Shown here piece by piece: positions 45,882 through 64,000 of a stretch of 64,000 bases of DNA. The DNA lies in assembly GCF_009914755.1 (NCBI RefSeq), contig NC_060928.1. One strand, given 5' to 3'. This stretch comes from the human T2T-CHM13v2.0 reference genome, Homo sapiens. Every line of letters starts with the position of its first letter. Position 1 is the stretch's first letter. The translations under genes were made by a program, and so were the position numbers. Below the pieces are notes generated by a model. It saw nothing but the letters and a program-made list of their open reading frames with translations. It ran no database searches and was not told the origin of the DNA.

Positions 45882-46943
45882 AAGCTTATTCCAAAAATGT
45901 CATATTGTTTTAACATTAAGAAATGTGGTATTATAAATTATCCAGATTGCCAAAAATTAGTAGAAGATGGCATTTGAGTATGCCATGCTTTCTGACACTC
46001 CCAACTCTAACCTTTCTATCTTGAGTCAAGTAGCTGTTCCTGGAAGCAGTTAGCTTGATACAAGTGAAGCTTGAAATCTGTGGAGGTCAAACAAATTGTT
46101 GTGGGGCTTTCTCCCTGGGCAGGTTGAGAGGGCAGTATCTACACTATCTGTGATACGGTTGAAAGGGCAGAGAAACTAATTAATAGTACAGAATAGAAAT
46201 AGAGAAATCACCTCTAATATACTTAAGAATTGAGTATAAAGAAATGTAAAATTTCAAATCAGTGGAGAAAAGAAGCAATACTTAACAATGTTTCAGCTGT
46301 GTCTTTTGGAATAAAAAAACTTTTTGAATAAGTAAAAGTATTTCTCTTTCAACACCAGGCACCAAAATATATCCTAAATGCTTTGAACGTTTTGGAGTAA
46401 GAACTATTAAGAGTTTCAGGAAAACAATGACCTAAGAAGACTGTTTGCAGATATTTTGCAGACACTTATTTAATATATTTATTACACACACAAAGTTGTT
46501 ACTAGTTAGTAATAAATGAGCAAAGGGTTCATTTAATAATTCAAAACAATTCAAAAGGAAGAAATGCACATGACTGATAAATGTGTGAACAGATGGTGAA
46601 TCTCACTAGTAATCAAAGCAATACAAATCAAATTAGGATTTCATATCATTTTCATTTCAGAGGAAGGCAGTGACCTGAAGGCACAATAATTATGTACAAT
46701 ATCTGTCCTTACAAATTGTCTGGAATATGTAATCACTAAAGTTTTATTGTATATATACTTAATGGAAAGGTGTTCAAGATGTACAGTTAAATGTTGAAGA
46801 AGTAGGTCATGAGAGATTTTACACAGCATGATTCACTTTTTTTGGTAAAATGTTTAAATGATTAAATCTGCAAACTTTTCAATGACCTTTATTTGAACTT
46901 TATTAATTACAACATATTTTGATTTTTAAAGCATATATATGAC

Positions 46944-52835
<5,892 letters not shown>

Positions 52836-55177
52836 GAGTCATGATACTACTTTTGTTTAAAGAAATCCAACACACCCACACACGTCAGGAGCAAGGATTG
52901 ACAGCCTATACCCCAAGATGTCAGTGATTATCTCTGAGTGATAAGATCATAGTGATATATGATGTGGATGATATGTTTGTCGTATATCTTTAGGTTTTCC
53001 ACAACAATAATGTATTACTATTGTAAGTAGAAATAGATAAAATGAACTTAGTAACACTCATTTAGTTGATAGGTAAGTGGCCAGCCACTAGCCTTCTGAT
53101 TGTTATAGGTTTCAAGTTTCTGAATCCTAGGGCAGATAATGTAAAAAGGATATGGAATTTTTAAAAAACAAACTTTCCAGTGGACCTGTAGATTTTATTT
53201 TCCAATTCAAGTCCATCTACCTTATATTTGGTGGAAAATTCTTCTGGATTCTGTTTGAGACCTGCCAAGCCTTAGAGTTTGTCACTGAGACTTTGTCTTT
53301 CTTTGTGGCCCTTACATACATTATTTTGGGGGTTGGGAAAAAGTTGTGTTCGAATATGCAAGTCAAGATTCCATTTTAAGCCAAATCCCCCAAGCAAGGC
53401 TCAGATTCCTCAGATAACCTTGGGCATTGTACTTCCTTTGGGCTAGTAGCTTTGCTCTTAACTAGGATATTTCAAGACATGCAAGAAATACGTTGTCATA
53501 ATGGACAGATGACTCATGATTCCATCAGTTTAGGGTATGATAATGGTAAGTGAGGCAATCAATATCGACTTTCAGTTTATTTTCTCAATAGATCATGCCA
53601 TTTCTTGCAAAATAGTTTAGCATTGGTGAGTCCAGAATTATCCAAATGATTTTGTGTAACCCAGGTAAAGCACACAGGGATACAAAATTCACTCAGTATT
53701 CAAAATAAATATAGCAAATTGTAAGTAATCTTTATTATGCAAAATTCTATGTTTGACCACAAGGAATTTATATTCCTACAGAAGAGTCCCACAACCTCAC
53801 TGAGCTGAAGTCCTTTCTACAAATTCACTTTCAGTAATGTATTTAAGAAAATTCTTACTCAAATGATCTCACTTTTGTAAATTAATCCCCAAATCTGCAT
53901 TGGTATTTCTATTAAAGATTAATTCCACTAGGTGGAGATATTTGCTCAGTTTTGTGGTTCACACTAAAGGATACTGGAATAGAGAAATCTATTAAACAAG
54001 GGAGTGTCTCAGAAACAAGAATAATAGCCTTGGGCCTTCCAAGACCTGTTGCTTTGCATTGTAATCATTTGGCAAATGTATACACATTGCTTTGTGGAGT
54101 TTAGTATTTGTTTTTAATGATTATAAAAGTGGCAGGTTTCTAGGCTTACAGTATATAATTTTTTATTTTGTTTGAATACTTACAACTTTAACCACTATGG
54201 TTTGAATAGACTGTTAACTAGACATCTTAAGTTTTCTCCTTTAACTGTTAGACAGTTCTTGCATTCAACAGCGATATAGTAATTAAGTCTTCATAATAAT
54301 AAAATAGATTCTGTTTTCACTATGTTTTAGATATTTTATTTTTAATTAAAATGATAATGGCCACTATTAATATATAAATACTGTTGTTGAATACTTTAAT
54401 CTTTATACTAATAACTTTATGAAAAATGGTACCTTGTCAAATCATGGGGAAACAATTTTTTTAAGTATACCATGCAACTGACAAAGATGTATGCGATAAT
54501 TCTTAAAGTAAGAAAAGTGTAAGGCCTAAAATACTGGGAAGTTTTTTTTTTTTCAATTTGAAATTTTTTTGTGGTGATCTGGGTTTCTACTTTTCTGTTT
54601 TTATTGGTACCAACATTATATGGAAACAATCTTCATAGTTAAGTAAGAAATTCATCTGCTCCTCTTTATTTTGTATTTGAAGTTATAATATTCTGTGCCA
54701 TCGGTTAATTGACTTCAAGGAAGTAAGGCTCTAAAACAATGAGCTCTCTCAAAGCAGCTTGGTTCTTTTTTTTTTTTGCCATTGGTTTTTAAAATGTCTT
54801 TTGTGTATGAGTACCATTGTCTCTATTTTTATTGTTTTAAAGATACTCTATTAATTACCTACAGCTGTTCTCATAAATTGATTAAAAACACAACAGACTT
54901 TTGTCCTCTAATCCCTTAGAGAAAAATTAGCAATTGACATTTTTTTTTTCATCTTAAATATATGGGAAAGGGAAGACCAAATCAGATGTGTATAAATGTA
55001 TTATTAGAAAAATTCTAGTTTTTTTATATCTAATAGATCATGTCTAGTTTTTAAATACATTTAATTTTTCATTTAAAGCAATTGCTTGGTATACATTGCA
55101 GATGTAAGATATAAGTAAGTAAGTAAAAATAGTATGTCTCATTTGCCCACTCACCTAACAACTGATTTTCTCTCTAG

Positions 55178-55308
55178 GATGAAACCCTGGCCCGCCAGTT
55201 GGTGGAGCTAGGCTACCGAGGGACTGGAGAGAGAGTGAAAAGGGAAGATTTTGAAGCAAGGAAAGCGGCTATAGAGATTGCAAGACTGGCTGAAAGAGCT
55301 CAGCAAAA
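55178..55308 (+). CDS. CFAP299: CFAP299 coding exon 2
   Basis: Branch point cctaac 55154-55159, acceptor ttttctctctag|; DETLARQLVELGYRGTGERVKREDFEARKAAIEIARLAERAQQ(K); donor AA|gtaagt; 131 nt; not in the ORF track. Confidence 0.95.
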
Positions 55309-55923
55309 GTAAGTGTCCATGTTCCAAATCCAGATTTTATGTTATATTCTAGACCTCTGGAGTAATTCAATTTCGTTTGCATTGTTTAATTTAGAAGCAC
55401 TGGGTGGAGCAGGTAAAACTTGGAATATCCTAAGCATTTGTTCTGCAGATGAGGAACTGAAGCAACTGTAATATGCTTGCACTAAAGCCACATGCAACTT
55501 CAAGCTACTAATTTGAAATATACATACCAAAATATGGTCATCATACCAATAAAGTCTTGTTAAAAAGTAACTTGATATTATTGGTTTTATACATTTATAT
55601 ACTAAAAATATGAATGACTTTTGCCTTAGAATTCTTTGTACTTTGAGGTCTGTAAATCTTTAGTATCATTTATGTTCTCACATTTTTCTAAGCATTAATT
55701 CATTCAACTTTTTAATCACTAACTTTTGTTTATATGCCTAATTTATATATGTTAGTATATAATATGTGGTTATATTAAACATAAATGTAATGAAATATGT
55801 TAAAACATATGATGAAAGAGATATATTCCTAAAGTGAACTGCATCAAACTTGTAAGGCAATTTTATAAAGACCTAACTAGTTGACAAATTAATAACCTAT
55901 TTCATTTTTAAAAGTGGATCATT

Positions 55924-56162
55924 AAAGTATAAATGTTGGGGAGGATAATTACTTAGAAATCAGTATACTATCATTGGATAACATCTTTAAAATTACCCAG
56001 TAATTATGAGCATAAACTTCCCATGTACACATTATAAACAATAACATTTGGTAGTGGAATGTGCTTTGGTCTTGGGAATATGCAATTAGAAGTGGCCATT
56101 CTAATGGTAATTGTGTTTCAGAACCATAGTATACTGAAGTTTAACATACTGATATTTGGGAA
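55924..56162 (+). pseudogene. Endogenous bornavirus-like L element (EBLL), segment 1
   Basis: LDNI 55974-55985 and ALV...K near 56063-56092 vs recalled BoDV-1 L RLDNIP...VLVPKEKELK; spacing to segment 2 is colinear once the LTR is removed. Confidence 0.5.
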
Positions 56163-56230
56163 TATATTAGTTTTCTATTGCTGCCATAACACGTTATTAC
56201 AAATTTGATGACTTAAAATAACACATTTCT

Positions 56231-56565
<335 letters not shown>

Positions 56566-57031
56566 TTCTTTGTTCATTGTTCTGTCCATACAGTGTGGCT
56601 CGGCCAAGCCCTCTGTATAGTATATCACAAGGTTGAAATCCTGGTGTAGGCTGGATGGCATTCTTGTCTTGAGGTTCTGAGGATGCAACTGCCTCCATGT
56701 TCAGTTTGGTTGGCCAAATTCAATTCCTTATGATTATACGGCTGAGTTCTCCAGTTCCTTGGTTGTCATTTGGGGGCTGGTCTTTGCTCCTAGAAGCTGT
56801 TCATGTTTCTTTTTAAGCTTTCCCACTCCCTCCAGCAACAGTGGGTCAAGACCCTTTTACCCTTCAGATTTCTCCAACTTCCTCTTCAGAAGGTTCTTTC
56901 CTGACTCTGGTCCAAGAAATATCTCTCCTTTTAAGGACTTATGTGATTACACTGTGCCCATCTAATGATCCAGGATAATCTCCCTGTTTTAAAGTCAATA
57001 ATATTTATTATATCATCAGCAAAGGCCCTTT

Positions 57032-57862
57032 GTTTGTTATTTCTTCAACTTTTATTTTAAGTTCAGGGGTATGTGTGCAGGATGTGCAGGTTTGTTATAG
57101 GTAAACATGTGCCATGGTGGTTTGTTGCACAGGTCATCCCATCACCTAGGTATTAAGCCCAGCATCTATTAGCTATTCTTCCTGATGCTCTTGCTTCAAC
57201 CAAGCCCCACTTTGACAGGCTCACTGTGTGTCATTCCCCTCCATGTGTCCTGTCTATGTGTTCTCATCATTCAGCTCCCGCTTGGAGGTGAGAACATGCA
57301 GTGTTTGGTTTTCTGCTCCTGTGTAAGTTTGCTGAGGAAAACGGCTTCCAGCTCCATCCATGTTCCTGCAAAGGACATCATCTCATTCTTTTTATGGCTG
57401 CATAGTATTCCATGGTATATATGTACCATATTTTCTTTTTTCAGTCTATCATTGATGAGCATTTGGGTTGATTCATGTCTTTGTTATTGTGAACAGTGCT
57501 GCAATGAACATGTACATGCATGTATCTTTATAATAGAATGATTTATATTCCTTTGGTTATATACTCAGTGTTGGAATTACTGGGTCAAATGCTATTTCTG
57601 TCTCTAGGTCTTTGAAGAATTGGCAAACAATGGTTGAATAATTTACACTCCCACCAACAGTGTAAAAGTGTTCCTTTTTCTCCACAACCTTGCCAACATC
57701 TGTTGTTTTTTGACTTTTTAATAATCACCATTCTGACTGGCATGAGATGGTATCTCATTGTGGTTTTGATTTGCCTTTCTCTAATGATCAGTGACGTTGA
57801 GCTTTTTCTTATATGTTTGTTGGCCGCATGTATGTCTTCTTTTGAAAAGTGTCTGTTCATGA
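57032..57862 (-). mobile_element. L1PA10/11-like 3' end
   Basis: TSD agcaaaggcccttt 57018-57031 / agcaaaggaccttt 57863-57876. Confidence 0.9.
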
Positions 57863-57975
57863 AGCAAAGGACCTTTTGGTATGTAATGCAACATATTCAC
57901 AGTTCTTAAGATTAGAGAATGGATATCCTTAATCCCATTAATGTGAGAAAGGGGCATTCTGCTTATCACAGGTAA

Positions 57976-58928
57976 TTTATATAAAATCTCAGGAATTTAC
58001 CGAACATAGTTATTCACTATCAACTTCTATTCTTGGAAAATTGAAATGAGGCTAGTTTTCTGTGTACAATGTAATGTTTGAAATGTGTCTTATGTAAAAC
58101 ATCAGGGAGAGTCTTTTCTTTTTGTGAGAATCAGTCAATGTCTATCAGTCAGAAGCAGAAGTGGAAATATTTTTGTGAGATTTTACAAGGAATTCCTGTA
58201 AATTCACATGCAATTTTATGAGTGATATAAGCTATTTCATATCAAGACGAGTTATTCATGTTTAAAGTCTAAGTTCTATTGACATCACATGTCCATTTTG
58301 TGTTTGAGGATCAAAGTAGGTATTTCCTCTATGCAATAGTCTCTTTAACTGGTCAGAGCTGGAAGTCATCAGGCTACTTATGAGCCAGTTTTGGGAGACT
58401 AATCCCCATTCAGAGCTGCTAGAATTTGAAGGCCCTTTCATCTGCAGATCTTCTCTGGTTGCCTTTGTAATGGGATGGGTACCATATGTTGCCTTTTGCC
58501 CCATGTGGTAGTCCATTCCCTTCCAGGTTCATTTAGTGTTGTTGACAGCAGGGCCAGCAGATGGTGTCCTAGAGCCAAATATGTCCTGTGCCTATATTTG
58601 TTGGAGGATCACTTTGAAAATATGCATGAACATCTGACTGCCAGCCAGCTGGCAACTTGGAAACACTTGGTTCCACTATCAGATCATCTTACATTAACTT
58701 CTTTAATATGCAGGTGAGCAACTCCAAGTAGGTCACAATTCTTTGGTCTAGCAATCATAGAGCACCTATTTCGAGAAGTGCTGGTATCTAGGAGTATGTT
58801 AATTACTCACAATAGCTTCACAGGGGAAAAAGTCTGGAGAGATGAAAGTTAAAGATATCAGGAAGGTATATTTTGATTAGGGATGTTCAAGAAGAAGGCA
58901 AAAATGCTAAAAAAATATTTTGGGCTTC
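57976..58928 (+). pseudogene. EBLL segment 2 (RdRp core region)
   Basis: HSYSLSTSIL~HSMTMSSTAL; GESF~GDSF; SLFNWSELEVIRLLMSQFWETN~[22 protein letters not shown]; GCL=GCL; SRWCPRAKYVLCLYLLE~SPWVALATGVCLYLIE; TLTSLICR*~TLPSVFFRG; FGLAIIEHLFREVLVSRSML~[20 protein letters not shown] (viral side recalled). Confidence 0.8.
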
Positions 58929-59847
58929 TATTCAGTCTTTCACAAATTAGACAACCATAGTGCATTAGGCTCTGTGCTGTAGGCTCTGGGAATACAATAG
59001 AAAACAAGACTTAGTTCTCACCCTCAAGAAGCTTGAAGACTAGAGAAATGAAAGGCATTACATTGTTGGTGGGAATGGAAAATGGAAAACAGTTTGGCAG
59101 GTCTTCAAAAAATTCAACGTAGAGTTACTATATGACCCAGCAATTCTACCAAACACATATTCAAGGGAATTGAAAAACCTAAGTCCACTTAAAAACTCAT
59201 ATACAAATGTCAGTAGCAGTATTATTCATAGTAGTTAAAAGGTAGAAATTGTCCAACCCATCAACTGATGAATGGATAAAAAATTTGGTACCTAAGTGTA
59301 ATAAAATACTATTCAGTCATCAAAAGGTATAAAGTAGTGTTACATGCAACAACATGAAAAACCTTAACACATTAGGGTAAGCAAAGGAGGCTAGAAAAAA
59401 AAGACTACTTACTGCATGATACCATTTATATAAAATGTCCAGTATCAGTAAATCTATAGAGACAAGTAGATTCATGGTTTCCAAGGACTGGATGGAAGGG
59501 AGATTGGACAATGACTGCTAATGAATATGAGGTTTCTTCTTGGTGTGATAATATGTGTAAATAGACATTGGTGATAATTGCATAACTTTGTAAATATACT
59601 AAAATCTATTGACTTGTGCACCTTAAAAGTGTGAATTTATAGTATGTGATTTAAATTTCAGTTCAAAAAGACAATTGCAATGGAAGATGATAAATGCAAT
59701 CGTAAGTACTGTGGCAACATTTTGAAGTAATACAAAGTCAAGATTTGTGAGGGGACGTGAAGAATAAGAAAAGTTCTTCTTAATGTTTGACCACTAAATT
59801 GATTCTTAAAGGCTCAATTAGAGTTAATCAGGCAAAGAGTGGTGTGA
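58929..59847 (-). mobile_element. L2 3' fragment, interrupted by L1MB
   Basis: ttaggctctgtgctgtaggctctgggaatacaatagaaaacaagacttagttctcaccctcaagaagctt; resumes after 59668 to gagttaatcaggcaaagagtgg. Confidence 0.7.
59057..59667 (+). mobile_element. L1MB 3' end
   Basis: acattgttggtgggaat...tatgacccagcaattc...aaatctatagagacaagtagattcatggtttcc...gtgaatttatagtatgtg. Confidence 0.85.
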
Positions 59848-60817
59848 GTGAACACATCCATTTTGCCTCAATCTTATGATAAACTCCCCTTATTCACAAA
59901 TTATTTTCTTTACTTCTTTGTCTTAATTTGTACCTGTTCCTTCACTAAGGCCCTTTTTTCTCCAAAAACTATACCAACTAGAGGCACCCATTTCAACATT
60001 TACTGGGTTGGTATCCAAGGTGATGATGTGGGGCAGGGTCGGGGGGATAGAGTCGATTCTTCATTCTCCTAGCTTTCTCGTCCTTTGCTTCAAAATCATC
60101 TCTGCTCCACTATTATATAAACATCTCTGATTTCTTCTCCACTGAGATTCATTCCACTGGTTATAGTAGCCATAAGACAGAAGCTGTAGAGGTTGGAAGA
60201 AGGGATGGGAGTAATTTAGCTGATACCCATTTGTCAGGACAGGGAATTCTCTCCCCCAGGGACTGGCCATGGTTTTCTTGCATAAGTGCCAGGTAATTTC
60301 TATTTATAGTGAGAAGTTCAGCTGATTGCCATGTGGTGGAGAGATGGAACTTCAATATTCGTGACACACATTGACTATTGTGTTCCTAGAGCCTAGTCAG
60401 TAGTTACAACTGAGTCATCCCTCAGGCTGGATACTTGCCTGGATGAGCTTGTAAGATCATCAGTTTTTCACTTTGGGTCACCTTATCTTATTGGGAAATG
60501 AATTCACCCCTCTTAAAACTGGTTCTGAGATAATGACCTTATTTTGCTAGAGCATGGTATCTGAAATGCAGATGATCGGAATAAGTGGTAGCCCTGATGG
60601 ATTCTGTCATTGTACTGGTTAGCTATTGCCATCTTCTTGGAAGACTATTAGATGAGTCTTTGGGAATTACTGTAAGGATTCACTTGATAGGAGTCTCAGA
60701 TGCTGTATATACATGGATCCCTATGATCTTTTTGTACTTGATGAAGAGGATTTCTATGGTGATTTAGAGTAGGGCTCTTGTACCCTTTATTCTCAAGTAT
60801 ATCTGGAATAAAATGTA
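59848..60817 (+). pseudogene. EBLL segment 3 (L C-terminal region to stop codon)
   Basis: KLP...FTKALFSPKTIPTRGTHFNIYWVGIQ~KLP...[35 protein letters not shown]~FINPGIVEI; MGVI*LIPICQDREFSPPGTGHG~[33 protein letters not shown]~IRLD...CLEEL; candidate stop TAG 60770-60772 (viral side recalled). Confidence 0.75.
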
Positions 60818-60988
60818 AAAACTGGATAAATCTCCAGCCTTTCTTATGCTATTCAATCTAGTTAATTTAACATCTGTTAAATTCTTTTTTCTGCTATAAT
60901 GTATAGTTATCTCCTTCAATTTGTTTTTAACTATAGAAGGTAGAAATGTCTGTTAACTTATAAAATACTTTTAATTTTATGGAGATGA

Positions 60989-61079
60989 GCACTTTGGGAG
61001 GTTGAGATAGAACTGCCTGAGCCCAAGAGTTCAAGACCAGCCTGGGCAACATAGTGAGACCCCAAATCTTAAAAAAAAA
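60989..61079 (+). mobile_element. 5'-truncated FLAM/Alu monomer
   Basis: Single arm with A tail; TSD ttatggagatga / ttatggtgatga. Confidence 0.85.
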
Positions 61080-61329
61080 TTATGGTGATGAAGTCGGATA
61101 AAATTCCAGAGTTTATTTTATATAAGAATGGCTTTATCCTGTCAACCTTGTTTTATTTTTGTATATCATTTTATGATAAAAACTGAATATCATATACTTG
61201 AGAATTAAATGAGAAAATTTATGTATTTTAAGTGTTTGGTGAAATAATTTTAACTTTTTGCTTAGTATCATATTTTTAAATAGTTATTCTCATGGTTTGT
61301 TGCTTTCAAACCAAAGCAATACAGTTGTG

Positions 61330-62385
61330 ATTTGTTGCAGATTAGCATCTCCAGGAAGCAGACAGTGAGAATTAGGAGTGCACAAGGTTTGTTGAGAAAG
61401 CAACACCTGTGAAAGGAAAAGTGAGGAAGCAGGACTGAGCAGGGTCAGAGCCCTAACCTCAAACTTTGAGAGAATCTCTCAGCACAGTGGAGAGCTCCAC
61501 AGTACAAGTTATCCCACATGGGATGAAATAGCCAGGCCTTAGTATCTCCACTGTACTCATTGGCTGGGGACCACTAAGAAAAGTTGAGGCCAATCTTGAA
61601 AGGGTTAAAAGCTGGAGGCTGTCAGCTCATGAAGCTCCTCACAGCTGGCAGAAATTCCTTTATACAAGGTACATCTGAGTGATGCATCTTGTAACATACA
61701 GATCTACTTCATGCGCACATGGAGCAGCTCCTCCAGAGCATAAAGGCCTCTCTTCATGAGAGGAAACTCACAATAAAGTCAATGGGGTGAGCTACCGCCC
61801 CTATCATTTCATAATCTTCCTCTTCCACTATCCATTCTAAATCTCCTGCCTTTGTCTATCATCTTTCTAGGATTTTGTGATGTGACCCAAAATCCTTATT
61901 CACAAATGCCCTGAGGCCCTTATCATCCTACTCTACTCAGGCCCATGTTGATACATTTGTCATTCACATTTAAAATTTAGGAAGAGCGTATGAACAGATG
62001 CCTAGGTGGTTCACCTGAGTTAGCCATGTATTCTTCCCTATCCCCATTCTATAACTGCAGTCCTTCTTTTTGCTGATCAGCATCAGTTACTCTACAAGAT
62101 CATGTCTCCTCTTCTTGCCTGCTGCTTCCTGGGCACAAGATGCCCAAGGTGCCTAAGTGGCAGCCATAGCTTGTAGTTCAGTGAGACACTTGCTGTTTTC
62201 CTTGGTGAGTATCCTAGTGCATGCACATCGGTTTTTAATAGTATTGCTGCCGAGCTGGAGATTCAGTGGTGCCTTCAGTGAACATTCCAGCACTTTTAGC
62301 TGACAGCTTCTGGATAGTGCATGCATAATATGACCAGAGGACCCCATGTTCATGAACACTCTGCTGTATCTATTTTCTATACAAT
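61330..62385 (-). mobile_element. LTR16-type LTR (to about 61700) with adjacent ERVL internal remnant
   Basis: ccaggaagcagacagtgaga...aacacctgtgaaaggaaaagtgaggaagcaggactgagcaggg; internal aagtggcagccatagcttgtagttcag. Confidence 0.65.
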
Positions 62386-62388
62386 GGG

Positions 62389-64000
62389 TATATCAGTTCA
62401 TTCTTACACTGCTGTAAAGAAATATCTGAGACTGGGTAGTTTATAAAGAAAAGAGGTTTAATTGGTTCATGATTCTGCAGCCTATACAGGAAGCATGGTG
62501 GCATCTGCTCAGCTTCTGGGGAGTCCTCAGGAAACTTACAATTATGGCAGAGGGTGAAAGGGAAGCTGGCACTTTACATGGCCAGAGCAGGAGGAATAGA
62601 AAGTTGGGGAGGTGCCACACACTTTTAAACAACCAGATCTCTTGAGAATTCACTATTGCAAGGAGAGTACCAGGGGGAAATCTGACCCCATTATCCAATC
62701 ACCTCCCACCAGGCCCCACCTTTCTTCACTGGGGATTACAATTTGACATGAGATTTGATGAGGACACAGATTCAAACCATATTATTCTGTCCCTGGGCTC
62801 CCCAAATCTCATGTCCCTCTCACATTGCAAAACACAATCATGCCTTCCCAACAGTCCCCCAAAGTCTTAACTCATTCCACTATTAACCCAAAAGTCCACA
62901 GTCCAAAGTCATCTGAAACAAGGCTAGTCCCTTTTGCCTATGAGCCTGTAAAATCAAAAACAAGTTAGTTACTTCCAGGATACAATGGGGGATAGGCATT
63001 AGGTAAGTACCCTTGTTCCAAAAGGGAGAAATCGGCCAAAAGAAAGGGGCTACAGGCCCCAGGCAAGTCTGAAACCCAGCAGGGCAGTCATTAAACCCTA
63101 AAGCTCCAAAATAATCTCCCCTGACTCCATGTCTTACATCCAGGGCATGCTGATGCAAGGGGGGCTCCCAAGGCCTTGAGCAGCTCCACCCTTGTGGCTT
63201 TGTGGCTTCACCCCCACAGCTGCTCTCATGTGCTGGCGTTGAGTGCCTGTGGCTTTTCCAGGCACAGGGTGCAACTTTTGGTGGCTCTACCATTCTGAGG
63301 TCTGGAGGATGGTAGCCCTCTTCTTACATCTCCACTAGGCAGCGCCCCAGTGGGGCCTCTGTGTGAGAGCTCTAACTCCACATTTCCCTTCCTCACTGCC
63401 CTAGAAGAGGTTCTCCATGAGGGTTCTGCCCCTGCCGCAGGGTTTTGCCTGGACATCCAGGCTTTTTCATATATCCTCTGAAATCTGAGTAGAGGTTCCC
63501 AAGCCTCAACTCCTCCATTCTGTGCACTTGTAGTCCTAACACCACATTGAAGCCATCAAGGCTATGGCTTGCATCCTCTGGAACAATGGCCTGAGTTATA
63601 CCTGAGCCCCTTTGAGCCACAGCTGGAGCTGGGGTGGCTGGGGTTTGGGATGCAGGGACTGGTGTCCTGAAACTGCACAGGATAGCGGGGCACTGGGCTT
63701 AACACATAAAATTGTTCAGTCCTCCTAGGCCTCCAGGCCTGTGATGGGAGGGGCTGCCACGAAGGTCTCTGGAATGCCTTTTGAGGCCTTTTCCCCATTA
63801 TCTTGGCTATTAGCACCTGGCTCCTTTTTTGTTATACAAATTTCTGCAGCCTGCTTGGATTTCTCCCCCCAAAATGAGTTTTTCTTTTCTATCACATGGC
63901 TAGGCTGCAAATTTTCCAAACTTTTATACTCTGTTTCTCTTTTAAATATAAGTTCCAGTTTTAGATTATGTCTTTGCTCACACATATGAACATAGGTTTT
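62389..64000 (-). mobile_element. MSTA 3' LTR (62389-62784) and MST-int, continuing past the window end
   Basis: actgctgtaaagaaatatctgagactgggtagtttataaagaaaagaggtttaattgg...caaaccatatta, then the polypurine-tract complement and MaLR internal sequence. Confidence 0.9.

Noticed and set aside
58552-58568. CTCF-like GGCCAGCAGATGGTGTC (also CCACTAGGTGGAGA at 53925)
   Set aside because: Each misses the conserved C after GG in the core; no other support.
59977-60260. TRG-PF...RDSFHW...RTGNSL as rhabdovirus-like capping motifs, and IQGDD as an RdRp motif C
   Set aside because: Needs several frames and has wrong spacing; a single-frame match to the bornavirus L C-terminal region fits much better.

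Overview
Primate genomic DNA, human on the evidence of an AluYb8 insertion. It holds the 5' end of CFAP299 (C4orf22; from established knowledge at 4q21, downstream of FGF5): CpG-rich promoter, coding exon 1 (28194-28304) and coding exon 2 (55178-55308). Upstream is a processed MRPS25 pseudogene (13813-14716). Most of the rest is Alu, L1, L2, MIR, MaLR/ERVL LTR, hAT and Tigger sequence, much of it nested. The main result is a highly decayed endogenous bornavirus-like L-polymerase element (EBLL) in CFAP299 intron 2, about 55924-60817 on the + strand. It is split into three pieces by an MLT1 LTR and an L2. About a dozen colinear peptide blocks match the Borna disease virus 1 L protein as I recall it, from the RdRp core to the C-terminus, and a candidate L1-type target-site duplication flanks it. 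The match was made by eye from memory and needs a translated search to confirm. Repeat subfamily calls and most repeat boundaries are also by eye.
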